Shown here: in pieces, positions 7,701 to 15,464 of the stretch | Layout of the letters: each line of letters starts with the position of its first letter | Position numbering within the stretch: position 1 is the first letter of the stretch | Assembly: GCA_031411295.1 (NCBI GenBank) | Contig: JANOAV010000163.1 | Location: forward strand, 1 to 15,485 | Direction: 5' to 3' | DNA length: 15,485 nt | Origin: Verrucomicrobiales bacterium | GTDB taxonomy: Bacteria; Verrucomicrobiota; Verrucomicrobiia; Verrucomicrobiales; V1-33 | Program-made: the position numbers and the translations under genes | Notes under the pieces: generated by a model | Database searches by the model: none | Told to the model about the DNA's origin: nothing | What the model saw: only the letters and a program-made list of their open reading frames with translations

Positions 7701-8194
7701 TTGGTCGTGTCTTTGCCGATCCCACCACCGTCTTCACGGAAGAGATGCTGCGGCCGGAATTGCAGGATCAGGGCGACTTCGTTGAAGGCGTAGAGCACAT
7801 CATCGACGGTCAGCGCAAGGCCGCTGCGATGTATTTCGAGGATGGCAGCATTGATGCCGCGATCCCGCCGCTCAAGGCGTTGCTAAAGATTCTAGTGAAA
7901 GGGGAGGGGAGCTTCAAGGATCCGTCATTCCGTGATCTCTTCACACGGGAGACCCTGCTCAAGAGCGATTGGTATGGCGCCCGCCTAACTGCCCAGAGCG
8001 CTGTCGAGAAACGTTTACTGGAGAAGCATGAGGTGGCGTTGGATCGCGCGCTAACCACCCGCACGCGGTTGCGTCCGCAGGAGCGGGCAGGACTGGAAAG
8101 CAGACTGACAATGGCCAGGACAGGGTTGACTAACCTCCCGGCGCAAGCTCCGGTGGGCACGCTGGGCACGGATCCGACCCTGCTGCCGCAGTAG
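4733..8194 (+). CDS. PPi-dependent phosphoenolpyruvate carboxykinase (PEP carboxytransphosphorylase, EC 4.1.1.38)
   Basis: About 1150 aa. Motifs HNPAKDRRTTEGVFH, NLDFVESIFGNAGDP, YYGYCKKEVKTQISY, CHKPCTVSGGGKSEISK (P-loop-like), NCEYRLFQRPDDA and TGKSPSTTGAGSEGALTK match the family described in Propionibacterium and Entamoeba. The start is uncertain (TTG 4691, ATG 4733 or ATG 4790). Confidence 0.88.
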   Translation: MPRSTTLDALGHTSPNSLPMAREKVLELVDLKLASRGLTPPGLQDDYSPVQDFGRSLLANYEERFRLIGDVLCPSDQAIHEFLADYLREEFSDVFAPGEFLVPAGALTLERHGLARELSLPVNSDRFVSPILTSSRVAQGVCHNPAKDRRTTEGVFHVVEGGLPIPADKKSVPKRAFAKLLWHALHAPDDLLRLPYTAEQAEADQARTFVSLLLRPIIGPEIPGVQRKRTMEIRFFAPGILVSNLDFVESIFGNAGDPYLPENDARLDVGVWSGHTGCVILAPQLCTVKKKDCGLPHRSEATPAQVRDGMCWEHEDELYNDGSAFKIACRDARGVMVTLIADSYYGYCKKEVKTQISYATNLYGQFEEEHAGGALAFPCFDLGEDFSLSSELNYRWEDTVELHGHLMDLQPEGYGIDKVHPDIIYVPEDSRISLRKQNILWSKTDGTTAEIKLRAGQTYVLPSGYKVEMMQSVKGQRWRLVGTQAEGTFCHKPCTVSGGGKSEISKSLSDAMITGPVLLQDFAEDMKLALNVMQRDFGGRFKNPHQPQRPSRPLLAPERSFGSVVRMLTPSESFTDGYNAWLQAIPRHVRDLVLVIKRRYRESWGEDWTHRFSVDSIDGRPGNELKYRNQKLYTRYLRVGFQEDGTWRTFGLRKDFAPAVKLQREDDITASAVVPAGALQGLHPGLKESAYKFSANCEYRLFQRPDDAVIRGYDRVTEADFTKAGNFFSNYEPLPIAHAKEMTEDAIRFGLFTAPFQLYLLKLANRNQPDYFVCPANPRLVEGKPSKNPRYLQTRPDLENPRREYLAEIGARFYRGLPASRPVLSPVSAFLPGRRNNPAEAGSGIRPLAVYGPIHYQELPELFADYIASLTGKSPSTTGAGSEGALTKSPFNAILPIHDLNAALISAILTEAHAFSSAAGHIGRKFRVDHDISLLVPEVWCRMHLHERNPDWLLDHGCLEAVRDLKVDGRVVGASRLGYRITENFIKRFFGRVFADPTTVFTEEMLRPELQDQGDFVEGVEHIIDGQRKAAAMYFEDGSIDAAIPPLKALLKILVKGEGSFKDPSFRDLFTRETLLKSDWYGARLTAQSAVEKRLLEKHEVALDRALTTRTRLRPQERAGLESRLTMARTGLTNLPAQAPVGTLGTDPTLLPQ

Positions 8195-8210
8195 ATCGGG
8201 GGCGGAGTCA

Positions 8211-8260
8211 AACGAAAGCGAGTTTGCCGGAGAACCAGCAAACTCGCTTCGTTGAATTTT
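8211..8260. terminator. Probable bidirectional intrinsic terminator between convergent genes
   Basis: A 12-bp stem, AAGCGAGTTTGC (8216-8227) / GCAAACTCGCTT (8238-8249), extendable to AACG/CGTT. It is A-rich on the left, T-rich on the right and sits between two converging stop codons. Confidence 0.75.
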
Positions 8261-8289
8261 AGCTCAGGGAGGGATTAGCTCCCATGAAG

Positions 8290-11200
8290 TTAAGGAGTTG
8301 TGGCAGGCCAAGGACCATCCGCTGTCATCACCATGAGGCGATAGAAGCGACGGAGTTCGGCGGGCAGCACCACGATGTCAAAGTTGGCCGCACTGCCATT
8401 TCCCGTAATGGTGGCCAAGCCCGCATCCTTCCACACTTGGAGGTGGGAGGGCTCCTGTCCGTCGGTATCGTCAGATTTGTAAACTCTGTAGAAACGTCCG
8501 TTCTTGGTGGGGAAGGAGAGGTTGGTGGGGGTGGTTGGGTTCTGCGTTAGGCGCAGCACATCGGCGGGATCATTGGGGTTGGTGCCCATGATGGCTTCGG
8601 CCCCATCGGTCACGCCATCGCCATCAGAATCGGCATTGGGGTTGGAAGAAGAGCCAGCGATGACGATGTCCTGAATCCAGAAATACTCATTGGCAGAGTC
8701 ATTGATGCCAGTCAACTTAACGGTCACTTTCTCCGTGCCAGCAGGCACATTGTAGGTGAAGTTGAAGGTGCCAGCGGAATTCCCCGCAACCAAGACTGGG
8801 CCGGCCCCAGTGCCAAGATTGAATTCGTCTTTACCAGCGTTGTTGTCGTAGGTGAGTGTCGTAGTTCCGGATCCAGTGTAACCGTTGAGGACTTTGTTGA
8901 GGTCCTTGTCCGCAGCATTGCCGTCGATCAGATTTACCGTGGTCGGAGTGGCCGCCACTTCGGTGATCACTTCGATCTTAAACGTGTCGTTAGTTTCGAA
9001 TCCGGTGCCGGCGCTGTTTTCAAAGGCGCGGAACTTGGCGGTCACGGTCACGTTGCTTAGGCCGGCCACGGAAATGGCAGGCGTTTGCAGGACTTGCCCC
9101 AAGGTGATCACAGCAGCGGGGTGCATTTCTGCCGTGTAGGCATCGACCGTAAACGCTGTGTCTGCCGCCAGAGCCACCCCTTGGCGCCAAGCGCTGAAGT
9201 CTGGAGCGGTAGCATTGACGTCATTGTAGATCACGCTGACCGTCCCATTGAGGTTGGATTTTGCCATGGCGATGGGGACGCCTGCCAAATTAATGGCTTG
9301 GTTAGCTGACTTGGTGGCTGGGGTTCCCTTATCGACAATCACGTAGCTGTTGACCCCGGCAGGCACGGTGACATTGGTTGCCGTAGCGCCATAGGTGCCA
9401 GTAGCATAGAGCGTGGTGTTGCCAACATCTGTGGAACGCACTTCGTAGTGCACGCTATTAGAAGTGCCGGCCGCAACAGTCACCGTAAAGGAAATAGTGT
9501 CGTCCGTTGGAACTGCGGCGTCTGCACCAAAGTTGCGAACCGCCGCAGTGCTGGTGATGGCTCCGATGGTGGTGGCTGGTGGCACGACGACCACGGCCGT
9601 GGTGCAGGTAGCATCTCCGCCATCGACCACAGTGAAGGTCAAATTGGTTTTGATCCCCGTTACGTTGGTAGCGGCCTTCGTCAAAGTAACGGTGGAGGTG
9701 GGCAGGGCTCCCGTGGTCTCACCGCCCAGCAAGCCGACTGTATTCCAGTTCGGTCCAGTGGTTCCGGCACCAGTAACGGCTAGATCGAAGGTGATGGTAT
9801 CATTCGTGGCATCGTCATCGCCTTGGTTGTTGTAGCTGGTGATCGTGGGGGTGGCAAAGATACTGCAGTTGCTGAAGCGGACATCGTCGAAGTAGATGGA
9901 CTCCGTGGTGGAGTTCACCCCGCCGGTGATAACCATGCGGACAGCCTTTGCGCCCAGGGTGGCGTTATCGACCGTCAAGGAACGCACGGTGTAAACGTCT
10001 TTAAAGGGATCCAAGGCAGCCGTGCCATTGACTTGAGCTTGCACATTCAGTGGGGAGGCGGGCTCAGAGAAATTGATGCCATCGGTGCTCGTTTCCAGGA
10101 ACACCCGGAAACCATCGTCAGCTTCAAATGTGTCCGCTGTGACGCGGCTCATGATTTTCAGCGCGGCGGTAAATATCGGCAGACCATCCACAGAGAGTGG
10201 CTCCGTCACAAAACGACCGGTTTCTGCCTTCAGCAACTTGAGTGCCTTTTGATTCCCACCGTTGGCGTCAGACACCACGGCAGCGGAATTTAAGGCGGTC
10301 GCGCCACGTGTGGCAGGGGATTCACAATACCAAGCCAAGTCGGTCTGGCCGATGGCGGGAGCGAAGTGGTGTTCCGCCGCGATGACCGCATTGGCAGCTT
10401 GGGCTACATACGGAGAATCGTTGAACGTAATACCGACGCCCCCTGTGGGAAGCGTGCGTGGCGTCATGTCCAACAATTGCAGATCAAAGGCGTCATCGCT
10501 ACTGTTAGCGCCCGTCTGGTGGATCGAGACGGCAATACGGTGGGTGCCAGCGGTCAGCTTACCCACGAGGCCGCCCACGAAAACCATCCGCGAGTGGCGC
10601 TCAATATTGTAAGTCACGCCTCCGACCGTGCCGGCGGGAGTATAAGCACGACATCCTGCAACGGGCGTGCCAGCCGCCTGAGCCGTGGTTGGAATGGCCC
10701 CGGTTAGGAGTGCATCGGTTTGATTCCGAAAGTCGTTGAAGACGGGCAAGGCCGCAGTCGAGGTGTCCGTTAGTTTGGCGGCAATGTTCACTGGGATACC
10801 AGCAAAATCGTCAATGTAGATATAGGCTCCGTCATCGCACAGGATTTCCGCCCAGAGGTTTGAGGTGTCGGCTGCCAGTGTGAAGCTGCGGCGGAAATAG
10901 GCCGCATTGTTCACCAAGTTTCCAGCTGCGACTGAAGTGGGGGTGCCGACGGCGGACTTAATCCCAGGAGCCCCGTCCAGTTGCGCGAATCCCAAAGGAC
11001 CGGGAGCTGCGGCATTAAAGGCTGCGGTGCCCCCTGTAACCGTAAAAGCCGTCGTATCTCCAGGAATTTTCCACTTTGTGTTCCACAAAGCGTCTGAGGT
11101 CGGATTCTCTCCGTTGAGGGTGTGCAGCCATTCCCAAGTGGAATAAGGAGGGAGCACCACTTGTCCATTCCGTGGCGCGGACACGATGGCGACATCAAAT

Positions 11201-11751
11201 GGTCCCACCGTTGCGGCAGCAGCCCCGGTCACTTGAACGTAATAGGTGGTCCCGGCAGTAACTTGGAAATGATTGCTGATGTATTTCGTGCCTGCAGTGG
11301 CATCCACCGTAGCGGTGGCGGCGGCTCCAGCCGTGGAATTGGCGGCCGCAACCCGTGTCAAGCTGGCCACATCGCTGGCGCTGCCAGTATAAACGCCCGC
11401 ATACAAGCCAACTCCTGCCACCGAGGTGGGGCCAGTGCCGACGACCTTGCCCAACACGCTGAAATACGCCAAGCCGTTGCTGGTTGGCGTGTAGGAATAC
11501 CACACGGATTTACCGGTAGCGGTTCCGTTGGCGGTGGCGGTTACACCGGTGGCCGTGAGGGTGAAGTGGGTCGCTGGCTCGCCCGTTTCGACCGTGGCGT
11601 TGGTGTTATTGCCTGTGGCAGTTCCGGTGGCGACCGGAATCACCTCAGCGCTTGCGAAATTATCATTTGCTGGTGCCTGTGCGTTCGCGGCCTGGATGGA
11701 GGCCATAGTGAAAGCACATGCCAGCCCAAGAGTTTGGTTGGTTATTTTCAT
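8290..11751 (-). CDS. Large secreted or surface modular protein (beta-sandwich and jelly-roll domains, TSP3-like DxDGDG motif, C-terminal FYR domain)
   Basis: ATG 11751 is preferred over the non-ATG start at 11772. Signal peptide ending ...AANA-Q, APANDNF module, YFRRSF...DDGAYIY...IAVSIHQ...SSDDAFDLQL jelly-roll module, two duplicated module pairs, DSDGDGVTDGAEAIMGTNPND and terminal RRFYRL. Rich in T, A, G and V. Confidence 0.88.
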   Translation of the reverse strand: MKITNQTLGLACAFTMASIQAANAQAPANDNFASAEVIPVATGTATGNNTNATVETGEPATHFTLTATGVTATANGTATGKSVWYSYTPTSNGLAYFSVLGKVVGTGPTSVAGVGLYAGVYTGSASDVASLTRVAAANSTAGAAATATVDATAGTKYISNHFQVTAGTTYYVQVTGAAAATVGPFDVAIVSAPRNGQVVLPPYSTWEWLHTLNGENPTSDALWNTKWKIPGDTTAFTVTGGTAAFNAAAPGPLGFAQLDGAPGIKSAVGTPTSVAAGNLVNNAAYFRRSFTLAADTSNLWAEILCDDGAYIYIDDFAGIPVNIAAKLTDTSTAALPVFNDFRNQTDALLTGAIPTTAQAAGTPVAGCRAYTPAGTVGGVTYNIERHSRMVFVGGLVGKLTAGTHRIAVSIHQTGANSSDDAFDLQLLDMTPRTLPTGGVGITFNDSPYVAQAANAVIAAEHHFAPAIGQTDLAWYCESPATRGATALNSAAVVSDANGGNQKALKLLKAETGRFVTEPLSVDGLPIFTAALKIMSRVTADTFEADDGFRVFLETSTDGINFSEPASPLNVQAQVNGTAALDPFKDVYTVRSLTVDNATLGAKAVRMVITGGVNSTTESIYFDDVRFSNCSIFATPTITSYNNQGDDDATNDTITFDLAVTGAGTTGPNWNTVGLLGGETTGALPTSTVTLTKAATNVTGIKTNLTFTVVDGGDATCTTAVVVVPPATTIGAITSTAAVRNFGADAAVPTDDTISFTVTVAAGTSNSVHYEVRSTDVGNTTLYATGTYGATATNVTVPAGVNSYVIVDKGTPATKSANQAINLAGVPIAMAKSNLNGTVSVIYNDVNATAPDFSAWRQGVALAADTAFTVDAYTAEMHPAAVITLGQVLQTPAISVAGLSNVTVTAKFRAFENSAGTGFETNDTFKIEVITEVAATPTTVNLIDGNAADKDLNKVLNGYTGSGTTTLTYDNNAGKDEFNLGTGAGPVLVAGNSAGTFNFTYNVPAGTEKVTVKLTGINDSANEYFWIQDIVIAGSSSNPNADSDGDGVTDGAEAIMGTNPNDPADVLRLTQNPTTPTNLSFPTKNGRFYRVYKSDDTDGQEPSHLQVWKDAGLATITGNGSAANFDIVVLPAELRRFYRLMVMTADGPWPATTP

Positions 11752-12034
11752 GTTTAGTTTGGATTGAAACAATGTTGGGGTGGGGGATTGCCAGGAATAT
11801 TCCTGCTGGGCGATGCGAACACATTTTCCCGATTAAGTAAATGAAAATCGATGTCATAATACCCTACTTATGAAGCGATTCATCCATTTCCATTCAGATA
11901 AATCTAGGAATTGTGGATTGTGTCGTAATTTGGCACTCTGATCTGCGGGCCACGCTTACTTCGGGCAAATCTTAATTGCGCAAAATTTAAGTTTCCTTCC
12001 GGCGGGGTATCTGTTTACGGTCGGATCCTAATTC
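11752..12034. promoter_or_regulatory. AT-rich divergent promoter region
   Basis: Lies between two divergently transcribed genes and is visibly AT-rich. Contains the perfect palindrome CAGGAATATTCCTG (11792-11805) and the imperfect CTTAA-TTGCGCAA-aat-TTAAG (11971-11991). No -35/-10 elements were assigned. Confidence 0.5.
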
Positions 12035-13327
12035 ATGGAATCTTCAACTGCTTCAACTTCTGGTGGCGGCCCGGTGCGGGCGCTGCGTTCGCTGTCTCCC
12101 CAACAACGTCGTTCGGGCCTGGCGGCTTGGCTTGGTTGGTTGTTCGATGGACTGGACATGCACATTTACACGCTGGTGGCCACGCCATTTGTGGCGTCAC
12201 TGCTACTGGTTTCGGCTACGGATCCGGAGGTGTCGCAGAAATCATCCTGGATCCAAGCTGCGTTTCTGGTCGGGTGGGCGCTGGGTGGAGCGGTATTTGG
12301 CCGCATTGGAGATTTGCTGGGGCGGAGTCGGGCACTGGTGTTGACGATTCTGGTTTACGCGGGATTCACCGGACTTTCGGCCATTTCCACGGAGTGGTGG
12401 CATCTGATGATCTTTCGTTTCCTGTCGGCGTTAGGGATCGGTGGGGAATGGGCGGTGGGAGCCTCGTTACTGTCGGAAACGTGGCCGAAGAAATGGCGGC
12501 CCTGGATTGCGGCTACGTTGCAGACGGCAGTAAATTTAGGCATCCTGCTGGCGTGCTTTTCCGGTTGGTTGCTGGAGTCCGCCAACCCTCGATGGATCTT
12601 TCTGGTGGGTGTGCTGCCCGCGTTGATCACCTTGTGGATTCGCAAGGCGGTTCCGGAAACGGAGGAGTGGAAGTCCGCCAAGAAAGGCGTGAAGCCACCC
12701 GGGCTGCGCGATCTATTTGGGCCTGAGGTGAGATCAATCACTTGGCGGGCGTTGTTGATCTGCGCGGTATCACTCACCGCACACTGGGCCTTCATGTTCT
12801 GGCAGCAAAGCTTTATTCGTAAGCACCCAGAGATCATTGGATTATCCCCTTCAGAGCAGAACCGGGCGGCGGTGGAAGCGCTAACGTTTCTGATGGTGGG
12901 ATCTATTGCGGGCAATTTCCTTGCCGGCTGGCTGTCGAAGCTTTGGGGTTACCGCAAGAGCATTTGCTTCCTGATGCTGGCCTACGGGGTGACCATGGCG
13001 ATTACGTTTGCAGTGCCCTGGAGTTACTCCCAAACGCTGGGATGGTTCGTGCTACTGGGGGCGTGGGCGGGGGTGTTCGGCTTGTTCACAATGTGCCTGC
13101 CCCCGTTGTTTCCCACGCTGCTGCGCACGACCGGATCTGGTTTCTGCTATAACATTGGGCGACTGGCCTCGGCCGTGGGCGTGGTGCTTTTTGGTGTCGT
13201 CAAGGTGAACTCCCCGGGTGTGGCCTTGCTCTATGCCAGCGCGCTGTTTATTCCGGCCGCCGCGCTGGCGTTGATTCTCCCCGTGGAACGAGAAACGGCA
13301 GCGGCTCCGTTGGCTCCGGTTGAGTAA
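12035..13327 (+). CDS. MFS transporter (sialate/carboxylate:H+ symporter-like, substrate unknown)
   Basis: 430 aa with about 12 hydrophobic segments. TM1 WLFDGLD, motif A GRIGDLLGRSR, FRFLSALGIGGEWAVGASLLSETWP, second-half GWLSKLWGYRK and LFPTLLRTTGSGFCYNIGR. Confidence 0.92.
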   Translation: MESSTASTSGGGPVRALRSLSPQQRRSGLAAWLGWLFDGLDMHIYTLVATPFVASLLLVSATDPEVSQKSSWIQAAFLVGWALGGAVFGRIGDLLGRSRALVLTILVYAGFTGLSAISTEWWHLMIFRFLSALGIGGEWAVGASLLSETWPKKWRPWIAATLQTAVNLGILLACFSGWLLESANPRWIFLVGVLPALITLWIRKAVPETEEWKSAKKGVKPPGLRDLFGPEVRSITWRALLICAVSLTAHWAFMFWQQSFIRKHPEIIGLSPSEQNRAAVEALTFLMVGSIAGNFLAGWLSKLWGYRKSICFLMLAYGVTMAITFAVPWSYSQTLGWFVLLGAWAGVFGLFTMCLPPLFPTLLRTTGSGFCYNIGRLASAVGVVLFGVVKVNSPGVALLYASALFIPAAALALILPVERETAAAPLAPVE

Positions 13328-13696
13328 ACTGAGGTTAAACCCCGATGAGTTCCGGTTCGGTCAAACTCGTTCCATTATTCTAACTTCAAAGCTCCCTTCC
13401 TCGTGCACTGCATCCCGTAAAACGGCGGACCAGGATCGAGCACTCTTGTCCAGAGATGGTGAAACGACGTTTATAGCGAGCCCGCCTCCTGGCTACCCCA
13501 AGATTCGAGAGGTGCCAAATGCAACTTGCGCGTCAGGAACTACAGAGCAGCGACTCTAGGGAATTAAGCCTGCGGAACAACCTCGCCTCAAGTCAAGAAC
13601 GTCGCTTCAGCTTCAAGAACTACGGGCAGTTCAGGCCGGGAAGCAGCGGTGGATCGCCATTTCGAGAGCATTGGATGAACTCAAAGGAAGATGAAT

Positions 13697-15427
13697 CTAC
13701 TGAAGCGTTCCGGGGGCCTCTGGTTGCGAGAGTTGCAGGGCCGTCTGGACTATCTGGCTTCGAGGCCGATCCTGATTTTGAAGTATTTCACGGGCTTGTC
13801 GGCTTACGTTAAGATCCTCGTCGTGCAGGGCTTTTGTCAAAGCTTCATCATAGGCGGGACGTGCAGGTAAGGAACCTAAATAATCCAACGCCGCTGCCCG
13901 GAGATCACTGGTGGCTGCGTTGGTTAGTTCGAGGGCTCTATTGGTAAGTTCACTGTGCTCCAGGCGAGCGTTCCCAAAGGCTAACAGTGCTAACACCGTG
14001 TCACGGGGATGAGCGGAAGGCTGGAGGCTTTCTGCAAGTCCTTGCATTAAGGTTTGAGCGAAAGAAGGATTGTCCTTGGCAAGGCGTGCTCCAGCCAAAA
14101 TGGCGGTGTCCGCCAGATCGTATCCTCCTTCTGACGCAGTGGAATCCATTAGCCGAGTCAAGGCAGAAACGACCCTCTGATCTGCCTGGGAGCCTAACTC
14201 ACCTGCTGCCACTGCGGCTTGAATGACCGTGGTGGTGGGGAATTCATCGGGGTGGGTCAAGACATCGATGAGAGCGGCACGCCCAGTCTCGCAACCAGCT
14301 TGACTCAAAGCATGGACCAGTAACCCAGTGATTTCTGGTTCTGTTAGTGAACGCAATGCCGTTACAATGGCCGGACCTCCTTCCGGATGGACTTTGAGCC
14401 AATCTTCAAGGTCGTGCAAGGGACCGGTCGCTTCTGCCATGCTCCCTTGGGAGACGTTCTGGAGGCTTAGGAGCATTGTCTCTACGGATGCTGATCCCCA
14501 CCGCTCCCGGAGCGTTTCTAGACGCAACATTTCTGAGATTGAGATAAGCGCGGGGGGCGCCGTGTCTGCTTCAACTGAGAATTCGCTGGCAATTTCGTCC
14601 TGATGCCCGACGAGCTTTCGCAGAGCTTCCGGGAGCGGTCTAACAGACGTGGTGAACGAAACTTGGAGATGGGAATAAGCGTAAGGTTTGTCATTGAGGT
14701 AGAGGCAGCATTGCTCAGTGCCTGTCATTTCCGAGAGCCAAAGGGAACCAAGCTGAGCATGGTAATTCGATGCTAGCACCGTCTGCTGTGTAGCACCCAC
14801 ATTGGCTGGGAGGAAGCGAGATTTGACGAGACTGGTGGATGTAGGGCGCTGGTATTTGCAGGCAAAGATAGGACTCTCTGGCTCCGGTGCCACCTCTGTG
14901 GTCTCATAGTAATTGTGTTTATCCACCACCCACTCCCAACCGTAAGCTAGGCGTAAGAATTGACGATCTTCTGGGGCAAGGTTACGAGGGTAAGCGATAG
15001 AAAGTATTTTTCCCTCTGGGGAGTAGTTGACGATCGCTGGGGTTTTATTCATGAGATCTTCCGCTTTAGCAATTCGCTTTTGTTCCTGATAGAGTCTGAC
15101 CTCGCTGAGGGCCAAGGCAACCTGGATTTGGTCCGGCCCCACATTGAGGACTATCATATGCAGATGTCCATCGAGATGTGTCCCAGCGCCATTGGGTGGC
15201 GGGGCGGCGGAGTCAGATAAACTCAGCATCACGGACACCGCCCAGCTCGAACTCTCTCCGGTAACCCAGCGCATTGCCGGTAGTATCTCAGGCAAGGCCT
15301 TGGTAGCAGACTGCACTTGGGTGTTTGTAACTGGGTGAGTGGAGGGAACCGTCGATTTGGTGTGAGAAAATTTGAGGCCAGCGGCGGCCAGGACCAGACC
15401 GAGGAGAGGTAACATGCGTGAGTTCAT
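13697..15427 (-). CDS. Exported HEAT-like repeat protein with an N-terminal beta-rich domain resembling the vitellogenin/MTP lipid-transfer N-module
   Basis: 576 aa. N-terminal hydrophobic signal or anchor, a beta-patterned region at about aa 50-260, and a helical C-half with LVHALSQAG, LLAFGNAR, DLRAAALDYLG and ALHDEDLNVSRQA. The CDS itself is well supported; the fold call is pattern-based. Confidence 0.78.
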   Translation of the reverse strand: MNSRMLPLLGLVLAAAGLKFSHTKSTVPSTHPVTNTQVQSATKALPEILPAMRWVTGESSSWAVSVMLSLSDSAAPPPNGAGTHLDGHLHMIVLNVGPDQIQVALALSEVRLYQEQKRIAKAEDLMNKTPAIVNYSPEGKILSIAYPRNLAPEDRQFLRLAYGWEWVVDKHNYYETTEVAPEPESPIFACKYQRPTSTSLVKSRFLPANVGATQQTVLASNYHAQLGSLWLSEMTGTEQCCLYLNDKPYAYSHLQVSFTTSVRPLPEALRKLVGHQDEIASEFSVEADTAPPALISISEMLRLETLRERWGSASVETMLLSLQNVSQGSMAEATGPLHDLEDWLKVHPEGGPAIVTALRSLTEPEITGLLVHALSQAGCETGRAALIDVLTHPDEFPTTTVIQAAVAAGELGSQADQRVVSALTRLMDSTASEGGYDLADTAILAGARLAKDNPSFAQTLMQGLAESLQPSAHPRDTVLALLAFGNARLEHSELTNRALELTNAATSDLRAAALDYLGSLPARPAYDEALTKALHDEDLNVSRQAREILQNQDRPRSQIVQTALQLSQPEAPGTLQ

Positions 15428-15464
15428 AGGAGAAGAGGAGTTTAAAGTAAAAGAGTTGCCCCCG

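Noticed and set aside
11931..11946. Sigma54 promoter (TGGCAC...TGC) upstream of the MFS gene
   Set aside because: The GG-to-GC spacing is one base longer than the strict -24/-12 requirement.
13320..13812. 79-aa and 97-aa plus-strand ORFs after the MFS gene
   Set aside because: Short, no motifs, and they overlap neighbouring CDSs or each other.
480..15338. Many antisense and alternate-frame ORFs inside the main genes (e.g. 480-1280 minus, 11122-11757 plus, 12127-12726 plus)
   Set aside because: These are expected shadow ORFs in GC-rich coding DNA, nested in well-supported genes and lacking recognisable motifs.
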